From: an uncultured Candidatus Rokubacteria bacterium
Lineage (GTDB): Bacteria; Methylomirabilota; Methylomirabilia; Rokubacteriales; CSP1-6
Length of the DNA stretch: 64,000 nt
Direction of reading: 5' to 3'
Assembly: GCA_963762145.1 (NCBI GenBank)
Contig: CAVXJS010000010.1
Location: forward strand, 160,001-224,000
Made by a program: the position numbers and the translations under genes. This document shows, piece by piece, positions 8,808 through 19,309 of this stretch (position 1 is the stretch's first letter; the number at the start of each line of letters is the position of its first letter). The notes under the pieces are model-generated. The model was given only the letters and a program-made list of their open reading frames with translations, was not told the DNA's origin and made no database searches.

Positions 8808-9812
8808 TCAGCGGCGGGTCTGGGGGCTCAGGAGGGGATAGAGGAGGTCGACGGCGATGTTGATGGTGACGTACACCGCCGTCGTGACGAGCGTGAAGGC
8901 CAGGAGCGCCGGGTAGTCCTGGTTCTCCACCGCGGTCACCGCGTAGAGGCCGAGCCCCGGCCAGGAGAAGATCGTCTCGGTCACCACCACGCCGCCGATG
9001 AGCTGGCCGAGCTGGAGCCCGACGATGGTCAGGATGGGGACGGAGGCGTTGCGCAGCGCGTGCTTGAGCACGACGCGCGCCTCGCCGATCCCCTTGGCCC
9101 GCGCGGTGCGCAGGTAGTCCTCGTGGAGCACGTCGAGGAGGGCCGCCCGGGTCACGCGCGTGATCATGGCCAGCGAGATCACGCTGAGGATGACCGAGGG
9201 CAGGATCAGGTGGCGCAGAGCGTCGGCGAGGACGCGCCACTGGCCCGCGACGGCCGCGTCGACGACGAGCATGCCCGTCACCACGGGGGGCGGCGTCAGG
9301 CCGACGGTGAGGCGTCCGCCCGCGGGCAGGAGGTCGAGCTGCCGGTAGAAGACGAACACCGCCATCAGGCCGAGCCAGAACACCGGCATGGAGCCGAGGA
9401 ACACCGAGGCGGGCGTGATGAGCCGGTCCGGCCAGCGGCCGGCCCACGCCGCCGAGACCACGCCGAGCGGGATGCCGACGAGGGCGCTGATCGCGATGGC
9501 GGCCAGCGCCAGCTCCATCGACGCGGGCCAGTACTTCTTGAGGTCGTCGATGACGGGCCGCCGGTTCACGATGGAGTTGCCGAAGTCACCGCCGGCGACG
9601 GCGCGCATGTAGTAGAGGTAGCGGACCCACAGCGGCCGGTCGAGGCCGAGGCGCGCGCGGGCGGCGGCCACCATCTCCGGGGTCGCGTCTCCGCCCCCGG
9701 CGGCCACGAACGCCGGGTCGCCGGGCAGGTACTGGGTGAGCGCGAACACCGACGCCGAGATGGCGGCGAGCAGCACCACCAGGAGCGGCAGGCGCCGGAG
9801 GACGAGCAGCAC
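8808..9812 (-). CDS. Peptide/nickel ABC permease (DppB/OppB family)
   Basis: LPGDPA, RTARAKG, ETIFSWPGLG. Confidence 0.92.
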   Translation of the reverse strand: MLLVLRRLPLLVVLLAAISASVFALTQYLPGDPAFVAAGGGDATPEMVAAARARLGLDRPLWVRYLYYMRAVAGGDFGNSIVNRRPVIDDLKKYWPASMELALAAIAISALVGIPLGVVSAAWAGRWPDRLITPASVFLGSMPVFWLGLMAVFVFYRQLDLLPAGGRLTVGLTPPPVVTGMLVVDAAVAGQWRVLADALRHLILPSVILSVISLAMITRVTRAALLDVLHEDYLRTARAKGIGEARVVLKHALRNASVPILTIVGLQLGQLIGGVVVTETIFSWPGLGLYAVTAVENQDYPALLAFTLVTTAVYVTINIAVDLLYPLLSPQTRR

Positions 9813-9813
9813 G

Positions 9814-10653
9814 TCAGGGCCTCCCGCCCACGCGGCTCTGCGGATCGAGCACGTCGCGCACGCGCTCGCCCAGCACGTTGAAGGCCAGCACGGTGATGAA
9901 GATGGCGAGACCGGGGAACGTCGCGTACCAGGGATAGTCGAGCAGGTACTTGCGGCCGAGCGTCACCATGGCGCCCCACTCGGGCAGCGGCGGCTGCGCG
10001 CCCACTCCCAGGAAGGACAGCGCGGCGAGGAGCAGGATGGCGAGGCTCACGTCGATGGTGGCCTTGACGAGCACCGGCGACAGGCAGTTCGGCAGCAGGT
10101 GGAAGAGCAGGATGCGCCACTGCCGCTGGCCCAGCGCCCGGGCGGTGAGGATGAACTCCTTCTCGCGCTGCACGAGGACCTGGCCGCGCATGAGCCGCGC
10201 GTACTGCGCCCACCAGGTGATGACGAGGGCGATGGCGCAGTTGACCATCCCGCGGCCCATCACGGTGGCGAAGGCCAGCGCCCAGACGATCTGGGGAAAC
10301 GCCAGGAAGAACTCGGTCACCCGCATCAGCCACTCGTCGGCGCCCCGGCCCGCCGCGCCGATCAGGAGCCCCGCGAGGCTTCCGATCGCGGCGGCGGTCG
10401 CGACGAGCAGGACCGCGGCGGCCAGGGTCGGACGCGCGCCGTGGACCACCCGCGCCCAGAGGTCGCGCCCGTTCTCGTCGGTGCCGAAGGGGTGGGCGAG
10501 GCTCGGGGGCTTGAGCCGGGCGAGAAAGTCGATCGCGTTGGGATCCCGCCGGGTGAACGCGCTCGGGACGGCCATCATGGCCGCGAGGACGAGCAGGACC
10601 ACGACCGAGCCGGCGGCGAACGGGCCGCCGCGAAGGACACGGGGCAGGCGCAT
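9814..10653 (-). CDS. Peptide/nickel ABC permease (DppC/OppC family)
   Basis: HPFGTDENGRD, HLLPN, LSFLGVG...PEWG. Confidence 0.92.
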   Translation of the reverse strand: MRLPRVLRGGPFAAGSVVVLLVLAAMMAVPSAFTRRDPNAIDFLARLKPPSLAHPFGTDENGRDLWARVVHGARPTLAAAVLLVATAAAIGSLAGLLIGAAGRGADEWLMRVTEFFLAFPQIVWALAFATVMGRGMVNCAIALVITWWAQYARLMRGQVLVQREKEFILTARALGQRQWRILLFHLLPNCLSPVLVKATIDVSLAILLLAALSFLGVGAQPPLPEWGAMVTLGRKYLLDYPWYATFPGLAIFITVLAFNVLGERVRDVLDPQSRVGGRP

Positions 10654-10659
10654 GGATGT

Positions 10660-10690
10660 GGGCGGCGCCCCCGGCGGGGAGGCGCCGCCC
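10660..10690. other. GC-rich stem-loop between the SBP and permease genes (possible mRNA stabiliser)
   Basis: GGGCGGCGCC...GGCGCCGCCC, a perfect 10-bp inverted repeat. Confidence 0.55.
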
Positions 10691-10699
10691 CGACGCGGC

Positions 10700-12267
10700 T
10701 CAGCGCTCGCGGAACATGTCCCAGTAGCGGTACGAGATGCGGTCGCCCTCGTAGACGAAGCCCTTCACGTCCTTCCGGGTGATGATCTTGTCGACGATGC
10801 GGCCGTTGACCACCACCGCGGCGTCCTTCCAGAGGAGCTCCGCGGCCTGGCGGAGCTGCCGCTGCTCGCGGGCCTGATCGAGGGACACCATCGAGTCGTT
10901 GACGAGCCGGTCGTACTCGGGGTTCGCGTAGTAGGTGAAGTTCCGGCCGCCCTTCGTGGGAAACGCATCGGAGTGGTACATGGAGAACAGGAAGTCGTAG
11001 GGCGTGGGGATGAACATCGGCCGGAAGTAGCCGAACATGTGCACGGCGGTGCCGGGGTCGCGGGCGGCGCCCCAGTCGGTGGCGCGCTTGACCAGAGCCG
11101 GCCACGTGTCGTCGAAGAGCTCGAGCCCGATGTTGAGCTTGGACAGCTCCGCCTGGAAGATCTCGAAGATGGCGCGCTTGTCGGCGTCGCCCTTCTGCGA
11201 CTGGTACCGGAGCTGGAAGCCCCCGTTGGGGAAGCCCGCCTCGGCGAGGAGCTGCTTGGCCCGCGCGGGGTCGTACGGGTAGGGGTTCTCCATCTTCCAG
11301 TCCTCCCGAGCAGCGGGGTGTAGAGCGGGCCGGGGTTGGCCGCGTTGCCCGTGATGGCGTTGAACGCCTCCTGGTTCCAGAGGTGATGCAGGGCCTGGCG
11401 CACGCGGAGGTCCTTCGTGGGGCCGGCCTGCGTGTTGAGGAACGTCACCATCTGCGTCGTGCCGGCCTTCTCGTGCACGGTGAGGGCGGCGTTGCGCTTG
11501 AGCGCGGGCAGCGCGTCCTTGGTCACGTTCTCCGCGATGTCGAGCTCGCCCTTCTCGATCATCAGCCGCTGGGTCTCCGGCTCGTAGATGTGCCGGAGGT
11601 TCAGGGTGGCGAACTTGTTCGCCGGCCAGCCCCGCCAGTACTGGGGGTTTCTCTTCGCCACGTGGATGATGTTGGGCTCCCACCGCTCGAGCGTGTACGG
11701 GCCCGTGCCCGCGGTGTGGTCGCGCAGCCAGTTCTCGGCGTTGTCCCCGCCCTTGTCGTTGCCGCGCACGGCGGTGGGGCTGACGATCAGCAAGAAGCGC
11801 AGGCCCGCGAGGAAGGCGTTGTTGGGCTTGTCCAGGTGGAACACGATCGTCGTCGGCTTCGGCGTCTCCACCTTGACGATCGGCTTGACGTAGAGCGAGG
11901 CGGCCTTCTTGAAGGCCTGGGCCCGCTCCACCGAGAACTTGACCGCGGCCGCGTCGAACGGGGTCCCGTCGTTGAACTTCACCCCGCTGCGCAGCGTGAA
12001 CGTCCAGGTCTTGCCGTCGGGCGACATCTGCCACGCGGTCGCCAGCACCGGGCGGAGCCCGTTGATGTCGTCGTTCAGGTCGACGAGCGACTCGTAGAAG
12101 TTGTTGAGGGTCCACCACAGGCTGTCGAGCCCGCCCGCGTGAGGATCGTAGGTGCCGAGCGCGCTGAACTTGCCGACGTTCAGCGTGTTGTCCTGGGCCG
12201 GCGCCGGTGCCGGGAGGACGGCGGAGATGACGGCGACGGCGAGCAGCGCGAGCAGCCGGAGAGTCAT
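10700..12267 (-). CDS. Family-5 ABC substrate-binding protein; apparent frameshift near 11310
   Basis: Signal peptide MTLRLLALLAVAV...AQ, TWTFTLRSGVKFNDG and GTGPY; the C-terminal half (YDPARAKQLLAEAG) is in another frame. Confidence 0.85.
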
Positions 12268-12302
12268 GACAGCTCCTCCTGGGTGCGGGGTGGCGGTTCG
12301 GG

Positions 12303-12356
12303 CGGCCATCAGGGGGACGCCGGCCATCAGCGGAACGCCGGCCATCAGCGGAACGC
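12303..12356. repeat. 18-bp tandem repeat x3 (CGGCCATCAGCGGAACGC)
   Basis: Two identical units and one diverged unit; they duplicate the LLM stop-codon region. Confidence 0.9.
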
Positions 12357-13350
12357 CGGAATGATCTCGCGGCCGTACGTCTCGAGGGTCGAGAAGTGCC
12401 GGTCGGGCTCCACGATCGACAGGTAGAGGCACACCTGCGTCACGCCCGCCGCCTCGAGCTTCTTGATCTTGTCGCGCACCTCGGCGGCCGTCCCGATCAG
12501 GGTGAGCCGCTCGGCCATCGCGTCGGTGACGGTGCGGACGTGGGGCGCATCGGGCTGCCCGTGCTGCTGGTAGTCGTACCCGGCGACTGCCTCCATGCCC
12601 TCCACGAGCTCGGCGGGCAGCTCCGAGGGCGCGTGATGGCGCAGCAGGTCCCGGACGTGGTTCGACACCGTGGCGGGGAAGCCGCGCACCCGCGAGAGGG
12701 CGTGCTCGCGATCGTCGGAGACGTACGTCGGCGCGCCCGCGAGCACCTCGAAGCCCGCCCAGGGCAGGCCGGCCTGCTCGCGCCCGCGCCTCACGTGGGC
12801 CACCGACCACTCGACGACACTAGGCGAGGCGAGCTGGAGGATGACGCCGTCCCCTTCGGCGCCGGCGAGCTCGAGCACCCGGGGGCCGTAGGCGGCCACC
12901 CAGACCGGGACCTTGTGGGTGAGCCACGGAAAGTGGATGCGCGGTGCCCCCGTAGTCCACCTCGTCGCCGCGGCAGAGCGCGCGGATCGTCCGCAGGGTC
13001 TCGCGGAACTGCTTGACGGGCATCGGCGGCAGGCCGAGGGTGCGCACCGCGCTGTCGCCGCGGCCCACGCCCAGGACGGCGCGGCCCTCGTAGAGCTGCG
13101 CGATGGTCGCGATCATGCTGGCCATCACCGTCGGGTGGCGAGTCACTGGATTGGAGACGAGCGGCCCGACGGTCAGGCGGCGGCTGCCCGCCGCGGCGGC
13201 GGCCAGGTAGGGGCTGACCTCCTGCCAGATGAGGTGCGAGTCGCCGAACCACATGAACTCGAACCCCGCGTCCTCCGCCACCCGCATGGTGGTGAGCATG
13301 TGCGAGAACGGGAAGTGGCCGGGGCGCAGCATGACGCCGAACTTGAGCAT
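12345..13350 (-). CDS. LLM-class F420-dependent oxidoreductase (TIGR03842-like); frameshift near 12935
   Basis: WFGDSHLIWQE, SNPVTRHPTV and GVGRGDSAVR in one frame; AAYGPRVLELAG...EIIPAFR in the next. Confidence 0.82.
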
Positions 13351-13354
13351 GGCC

Positions 13355-14716
13355 CTAGCTTCGAGCGAGATAGCGGCCGCGGGCGCCGTCGGAGACGACC
13401 TCTCCCGCGTCGTAGGCGACGCGGCCACCCGCGATGGTCGTGGCCGCCCAGCCCCGCGCCACGTATCCCTCGTACGGGCTGAAGTCGACCGCGGAGTTGA
13501 GCGCGGGGAGATCCACCTTGACCTCGCGATCGGTGTCGACGATGACGAGGTCGGCGTCCGACCCCGCCTCGAGCGCGCCCTTCCTCGGATAGAGCCCGAA
13601 GAGCCGCGCCGCGTTGAACGAGGTGAGGCGCACGACGTCCGGCATGGTGAGCCGCCCGCGGTTGACCCCCTCGGTCAGCAGCACCGGGAGGATCATGGCG
13701 CTCCCCGCGGTGATCCCGGCGCGCGCCGCCCAGAGCTCGTCGCCCTTCACCGCCTTCGTGTAAGGACAGTGATCCGAGCCCATCACGTCGACGGTCCCGT
13801 CGGTGAGGCGCTGCCAGAGCGCGTCGATGTGATCGCGCCCGCGGAGCGGCGGGTTCACCTTGCCCTGCACCCCGCGGTCGGTCTCCTTGTCGAAGGCCAG
13901 GTAGTGCGGACAGCTCTCGGTGGCCACGCGGCCGGGCCCCCACGCCTTCTGGCGCAGGAACTCCGAGCCGAGGCCGACGCCCATGTGGGGGATCAGGAGC
14001 TGGACGGCGGCGGCCTCGGCGAACTGGCACATGCGCCGGATCGCCTCGAGCTCGCCCCACGCCGGCCGGCCGTCGGACCAGGCCGCGGTGTCCTGCCGCC
14101 CGGCGGCCATGAACGGCTTCTGGTGCAGCTCGATGATCTCCATGTTCTCGCAGTGCACGATGGCCACGCCGCCGGGCACGTCCTTCACGCGCTGGAACAT
14201 CGAGAAGATCTGGTCGTCGCCCATGCCCTGGATCCCGCTCGGCGAGATCTCGCGCCCCTTGTAGGCCATGAACGCCTTGAAGGAGCGCACGCCGAACTCC
14301 GAGGCCATGCGCGGGATCTCGTCGATCTGGGACTCGCGGATGATGATGGCGTGGAAGAGCATGTCGACCACGCTCTGCGAAGCCACCGCCCGCCGCATCT
14401 CGCCCAGCGCGTCCAGGTAGGAGCCCCGGGTGATCACGAAGGGCATCAGGGTGGTCACGCCGCCCGTGACGGCGTGCCGGCTCTCCGTCGCGCAGTCCGA
14501 GGCGAAGGCCTGGGCGGCGTTGCCGAGGTGCAGGTGCGTGTCGAGGAGCCCGGGGACGACGAAGCGCCCGCCCGCGTCGATGGTGCGGCGGGCGGTGACG
14601 GTCTCGCCGGGGCGGAGCACGGCCGCGATCGACCCGCCGCGGATGGCGAGCCCGCAGTCGACGACGCCGTCGGGCCTGACGACGCGACAGTCCTTGACGA
14701 ACAGGTCGGCGTCCAT
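13355..14716 (-). CDS. Cyclic amidohydrolase (dihydropyrimidinase/hydantoinase family)
   Basis: PGLLDTHLH, SFKAFMAYK, VHCEN, KVNPPLR, GSDHCPY, GSDADLVI. Confidence 0.9.
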   Translation of the reverse strand: MDADLFVKDCRVVRPDGVVDCGLAIRGGSIAAVLRPGETVTARRTIDAGGRFVVPGLLDTHLHLGNAAQAFASDCATESRHAVTGGVTTLMPFVITRGSYLDALGEMRRAVASQSVVDMLFHAIIIRESQIDEIPRMASEFGVRSFKAFMAYKGREISPSGIQGMGDDQIFSMFQRVKDVPGGVAIVHCENMEIIELHQKPFMAAGRQDTAAWSDGRPAWGELEAIRRMCQFAEAAAVQLLIPHMGVGLGSEFLRQKAWGPGRVATESCPHYLAFDKETDRGVQGKVNPPLRGRDHIDALWQRLTDGTVDVMGSDHCPYTKAVKGDELWAARAGITAGSAMILPVLLTEGVNRGRLTMPDVVRLTSFNAARLFGLYPRKGALEAGSDADLVIVDTDREVKVDLPALNSAVDFSPYEGYVARGWAATTIAGGRVAYDAGEVVSDGARGRYLARS

Positions 14717-14720
14717 CGGC

Positions 14721-15581
14721 TCAGCCCTGGACCACGTCCCCGTAGGCGTCCGGGCGCCGGAACTTCATGAACCCCCAGAGATCGCGCACGTCCTCGCACG
14801 TCTTGGGGTCGATGTCGGCGTAGAGGATCTCGTCCTCCTTGTCGCCCGCGCGGGCCATCACCCCGCCCTTCGGATCGATGAAGAGCGCCGAGCCGAAGTA
14901 GTGGCGATCGGGGGGCCCGCCGACGTCCTTGCCCACCTTGTTGACGCCGCCCACGTAGAACATGTTGGCGATGGCGTGACCGCGCAGCTCGACCTCCCAG
15001 ACGTCGCGGATCCACTCGCGATAGGTCGCGGTCGGCACCAGGAGCAGGTGCGCGCCCCGCAGGCCGAGCATCCGGGCCGCCTCCGGGAAGTGGCGGTCGT
15101 AGCAGATGAGGATGCCGATCTTGAGGCCGAACGGCGTATCGAACACCGGGAAGCCGAGGTTGCCGGGCTGAAAGAAGAAGCGCTCGTCGCCGGGCGTCTC
15201 GCCCGCCTTCACGGTGCGGAGGATCTGGGGGATGGACATCTTGCGGTACTTGCCGATGAGCTCGCCGTCGGGACCGATCACCACCGCCGTGTTGAACAGG
15301 ACGCCGCCGTCGTTCTCGTAGAGGGGGTAGACGATGACGGTCCCGGTCTCCTTGGCGACCCGGCGCAGGCGATCGACGGCGGGGCCGGGGACGGGTTCGG
15401 CGGTCTCGAACCACTTCTTGTCGCGGTCGAAGCAGAAGTAGATGGTGGTGCAGAGCTCCGGGAAGCACACCACCTTGGCCCCGTTTCCGGCGGCTTGCCG
15501 GGCAAGGCTCTCGGCCTTCTCGATATTGATGTTCTTGTCGATGTGTCCACTGAACTGGGCGAGTGCAACCCGTACGGTCAT
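14721..15581 (-). CDS. Nitrilase-family carbon-nitrogen hydrolase (beta-ureidopropionase-like)
   Basis: MTVRVALAQF, PELC, KYRK, ICYDRHFPE; RBS GAGGAG upstream. Confidence 0.9.
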   Translation of the reverse strand: MTVRVALAQFSGHIDKNINIEKAESLARQAAGNGAKVVCFPELCTTIYFCFDRDKKWFETAEPVPGPAVDRLRRVAKETGTVIVYPLYENDGGVLFNTAVVIGPDGELIGKYRKMSIPQILRTVKAGETPGDERFFFQPGNLGFPVFDTPFGLKIGILICYDRHFPEAARMLGLRGAHLLLVPTATYREWIRDVWEVELRGHAIANMFYVGGVNKVGKDVGGPPDRHYFGSALFIDPKGGVMARAGDKEDEILYADIDPKTCEDVRDLWGFMKFRRPDAYGDVVQG

Positions 15582-15657
15582 CGGATCGGATCCTCCTCTG
15601 GGATGGCAGGCCCAGCTTTTGTACCGCCGCGGGGCGCATTGCGCAAGAGGCACGTGC

Positions 15658-17013
15658 TTACGCGGGCGGTCCTTGATCGGCCGAGGCGCGGAGGCCGCAT
15701 GCGCGCTCGGGTCGATGACGAGGGAGCAGAGCGCGGCGGCCACCGCCAGCGAGAGACCGCCGATCACGACGACGGCGAGCCGGTTGTCGCCGCCCACCAG
15801 CTGGACGAGCTGACTCTCGTCGGTCAGGAGCCGCTCCAGGAGCGTGCCGAAGCCGAGCGCGGCCAGGATCTCCGGGATCACGATGAAGAAGTTGAAGATC
15901 CCCATGTAGATCCCGGTCTTCCCGGCGGGCAGGGCGTTGGCCAGGATGGAGTACGGCATCGCGAGCGTGCTGGCCCAGGCGATACCCACGCCCACCATCG
16001 GCAGGAGCAGCAGGTACTTGTCGTCGATGGCGGCGACCGAGGTCAGGCCGACGGCGCCGATCAGCAGGCAGAGCGCGTGGGTGAGCCGCCGGCCCAGCCG
16101 CGCGGCCAGGGCCGGCAGCGCGAACGAGAAGGCGAAGCAGACCGCGGAGTACATGGCGAAGCAGTTGCCGGCCCAGGCGATGCCCTGCGTCGTACTCCGG
16201 CGTACCCGGCGCACCGCCGAAGATGTTCCGGGCCACCGCGACCCCGAAGTACAGCCACATGCAGAAGAAGCCGAGCCAGGTGAAGATCTGCACCCACGCC
16301 AGGCGGCGCATGGTCTGGGGCATGGCGAGCGCGTCGTGGAAGATCTCGACGACCGCGGCGCGGACGCCGGTCTTCTCGGACTTCATCCGTCGGAACGCCT
16401 CCAGATCCTCCGGCGGGTGCTCGCGGGTGGTGAAGATGGTCCAGAGCACCGCGGCCAGGAAGACGACCGCGCCGATGTAGAAGGCCAGCCGAACCGCGGG
16501 CGGGATGGCATTCCCGGCGGCCGCGGCGGTCGAAAGGAGGTCGAACAGCAGCCAGGGCAGCACCGAGGCGATGACCGCCCCCAGCCCGATGAACAGCGCC
16601 TGCATCGCGTAGCCGCGCGTGCGCTGCTCCGGGGGCAAGAGATCGGCGACGAAGGCGCGGAAGGGCTCCATGCTGATGTTGATGGAGGCGTCCAGCACCC
16701 ACAGCAGCCCGGCCGCCATCCAGAGCGAGCTGGAGTGGGGCATCGCGATGAGCGCGCATGAGGCCAGCAGCGCGCCGACAAGGAAGTACGGCCGGCGCCG
16801 GCCGAGGCGGTTCCACGTGCGGTCGCTCATGTGGCCGATGATGGGCTGGACCAGCAGCCCGGTGAGGGGCGCGGCGAGCCACAGGATGGGGATCTGGTGC
16901 GCGTCCGCACCGAGGTACTCGTAGATCGCGCTCATGTTGGCCATCTGGAGCGCCCAGCCGAACTGGATGCCCAGGAAGCCGAAGCACATGTTCCAGATCC
17001 GCCAGAAGCTCAT
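15658..17013 (-). CDS. MFS sugar transporter (MalT/sucrose-type, GPH family); frameshift near 16190, 3' end uncertain
   Basis: SFWRIWNMCFGFLGIQFG, SDRTWNRLGRRRPY and NISMEPFRAFVAD; GIYMGIFNFFIVIP in the second frame. Confidence 0.85.
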   Translation of the reverse strand: MSFWRIWNMCFGFLGIQFGWALQMANMSAIYEYLGADAHQIPILWLAAPLTGLLVQPIIGHMSDRTWNRLGRRRPYFLVGALLASCALIAMPHSSSLWMAAGLLWVLDASINISMEPFRAFVADLLPPEQRTRGYAMQALFIGLGAVIASVLPWLLFDLLSTAAAAGNAIPPAVRLAFYIGAVVFLAAVLWTIFTTREHPPEDLEAFRRMKSEKTGVRAAVVEIFHDALAMPQTMRRLAWVQIFTWLGFFCMWLYFGVAVARNIFGGAPGTPEYDAGHRLGRQLLRHVLRGLLRLLVRAAGPGRAAGPAAHPRALPADRRRRPDLGRRHRRQVPAAPADGGRGYRLGQHARDAVLHPGQRPARREDRDLHGDLQLLHRDPGDPGRARLRHAPGAAPDRRESARPAGGRRQPARRRRDRRSLAGGGRRALLPRHRPERACGLRASADQGPPA

Positions 17014-17032
17014 TGGCAGAAGCTCATGGATC

Positions 17033-19231
17033 TCACTTGATCAACAAGACTTGCCCCTCGTGTGGGCCGAGGGTGAGGGACAAGCGCCGCGCCGCGCCCA
17101 GCTTGCCGAGCGCCTTCTCCGCGAGAAGGTCGGTGACGGTCCCGCCGGCCGGCGCGGTCTTGATGGTCACGCCCTCCCGCACGGCCGCGCGGCCGAAGTT
17201 GACCGCGGTGACCTGCAGGCCCGCGCCGTCGGGAAGACGGTGGACCATGACGACCAGGCCGCGCGCCCGCACCGAAGGCAGCTCGACCTGCTCGCTCTCG
17301 TGGATGCGGTATTGTGCGCGCACGCGCAGCATCCGGCCGAGCTCGGAGGCGAACGAGTCCGGTCGCGCGAGCTGCTCGGGCAGCGGCCCGTAGAGGGCCT
17401 GGGCGCGCGGCAGCTCGCTGCTCGAGTTGGTCACCCTCGGGTGCCTGCCCAGCAGGTCGTAGGCGCCGCGGTTGATCCAGCGCGTGTCGCCCTCGGCGAT
17501 GAGGTCCTTCACGGATTCGGCCGGCACGGTCAGGGCGCCCACCAGGTCCCAGCCGGACAGCGCGAAGACGCCCGGCTGCATGGCGTTGAACAGCGCCAGG
17601 AGCAGGTGCGCGCGCTGGATGTCGCGCCGCTGCGCCTCGGTGACGTTCCGGAGGTCGGGGATGCCGAGCGCGGCCGCGGCCACGGTGGCGGTGGTGCACG
17701 AGATGCCGTTGGCGGCCTTCAGATTGTAGGGCGCGGCGAGGCCCATCAGGCGGTCGTGCATCTCGGCCCGGATGGTGTCGCGCAGCGGGCCGCCCTTCAC
17801 CGGCTTGCCGCGGAAGGTGAACGTCGTGTCCTTGTGCCGGGTCCAGAAGGGCACCAGCTCGAGCGTGAGCTCGTCGTGGTTCTGGAGCGCGTGGATGAGG
17901 CTCGCGGGATCCACCTGGAAGGCCCGCTGCATATCGAGCATGAGTCGCAGGAACGAGGCGTCGCCGGTGACGAGAGCGTGGTGGTAGGCCGGGCGGGTGA
18001 CGAAGTCGTAGGAGAGATCGGCGCCCCCTTGCGACATCGCGGTCAGGTCCTCGAGGGTCAGGTTCAGCTCCTGGAACGTGAAGCCGCCGAGCTTGCGCAC
18101 CAGCCCGGCGATGAGCTGGTTGGCGGTGACCGAGAGCGGGTGCCCCTCGGACCAGGCGGCGCCGTTCTTCGGGCCCACCTCGATGCCGAGGAAGCCGTTG
18201 GCGTCCAGACGTACCATGCGCTCGCCCAGGGTGGCCAGCGAGTGAATGGCGTCGCCCGCGACCAGCCGCGGCGCCGCGAAGGTGGGGTCGAGCCAGTTGA
18301 AGGTGGGCTGCCCTTCCTTGAAGTAGTGCAGGTACACCCAGCGGCGGCTCGTGCCGTCGACGCCCACGACGGCGTCGGTGGCCGACCAGTCGGTCTCCTT
18401 GACGCCCGGCTCGTAGAAGATGGTGCGCGGGAGCTGGCCGACGATGTAGCCGCGCGCCCTGAGGGCGTCCACCGCCGCCGGCCCGAGGTTGACCGAGTCC
18501 TTGCCGGCGGGGACCGCGGGGAGCAGGCTCCAGTCCGCCGGGCCGATCTCCACCATGTGGTAGAGCCCCGGATAGTCGCCGTGGCGCCGCTCGGCCAGGC
18601 GGAAGTCGGCGCCCTTGCCGCTGTGGCCCGGGATGATGTCGCCGATGATCACCGCGCCGTTCTCGCCCGCGTGGCGGACCAGGGCCTGGTACTGCGTCTC
18701 GGTGCCGAAGGCCGGGTCGATCTCGTTGCTGATGCGGTCGAAGTTGCCGTCCACGGTGGGCGTGTACTCGCGCCCGCGGATGCCGCCGGCGCGCTTCATC
18801 GGCCCGGTGTGCATGCCGCCGATGCCGATCTCGCGGAAGACGCGCCAGAGCCCCGGATCGCCCAGGCTCTCCAGCACCGATTCGCCCGGTCCGGTGATCT
18901 GCGATGGCGGGTACGCGGTGAACCACACCGAGGCCAGCGCCGAGGCGGCGCGCGGCTGCGGCACCGCGTAGGGATGCCGCCAGAGCTCGCCCTGGCCCGA
19001 GTAGCGGCGCGCGGCCCGCTCGGCCTGGTGGAGCATCGAGCGCTCCACCAGCCAGCGGATGTACGCCTCGCCGGCGATCGGGTCCGGCGCCGCGGCGGGA
19101 GCCGGCGCGACGCTCGGAGCCGGGTCGGGCCGGACCGGGGGCGCCGGCTGGCACGCCGGGCCGAGCGCGCCGACGATCGCGGCCAGGGCGAGCAGGACGC
19201 CGCGCAGGCGGGTCGTGGGCTCGGATGCCAT
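17033..19231 (-). CDS. treS: Trehalose synthase / maltose alpha-D-glucosyltransferase (Pseudomonas-type TreS, GH13) with an N-terminal lipoprotein-like signal
   Basis: [68 protein letters not shown]. Confidence 0.88.
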   Translation of the reverse strand: MASEPTTRLRGVLLALAAIVGALGPACQPAPPVRPDPAPSVAPAPAAAPDPIAGEAYIRWLVERSMLHQAERAARRYSGQGELWRHPYAVPQPRAASALASVWFTAYPPSQITGPGESVLESLGDPGLWRVFREIGIGGMHTGPMKRAGGIRGREYTPTVDGNFDRISNEIDPAFGTETQYQALVRHAGENGAVIIGDIIPGHSGKGADFRLAERRHGDYPGLYHMVEIGPADWSLLPAVPAGKDSVNLGPAAVDALRARGYIVGQLPRTIFYEPGVKETDWSATDAVVGVDGTSRRWVYLHYFKEGQPTFNWLDPTFAAPRLVAGDAIHSLATLGERMVRLDANGFLGIEVGPKNGAAWSEGHPLSVTANQLIAGLVRKLGGFTFQELNLTLEDLTAMSQGGADLSYDFVTRPAYHHALVTGDASFLRLMLDMQRAFQVDPASLIHALQNHDELTLELVPFWTRHKDTTFTFRGKPVKGGPLRDTIRAEMHDRLMGLAAPYNLKAANGISCTTATVAAAALGIPDLRNVTEAQRRDIQRAHLLLALFNAMQPGVFALSGWDLVGALTVPAESVKDLIAEGDTRWINRGAYDLLGRHPRVTNSSSELPRAQALYGPLPEQLARPDSFASELGRMLRVRAQYRIHESEQVELPSVRARGLVVMVHRLPDGAGLQVTAVNFGRAAVREGVTIKTAPAGGTVTDLLAEKALGKLGAARRLSLTLGPHEGQVLLIK

Positions 19232-19294
19232 CAGGGAGCACCACAACAGAAGCGCCCCGGGTTGGTCAAGGGCGCGCTGCGTGCGTCGCCAGCG

Positions 19295-19309
19295 GCAAGG
19301 AGCCCGCCG
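19295..19309 (-). promoter_or_regulatory. Putative sigma-54 promoter for treS (CGGCGG-N5-TTGC)
   Basis: GG-N10-GC spacing with TTGC; the -24 box is imperfect. Confidence 0.45.

Noticed and set aside
14721-16214. MFS-nitrilase fusion protein (497-aa ORF)
   Set aside because: It arises from the frameshifted MFS C-terminus running through an intergenic-looking stretch; the nitrilase has its own RBS and ATG at 15581.
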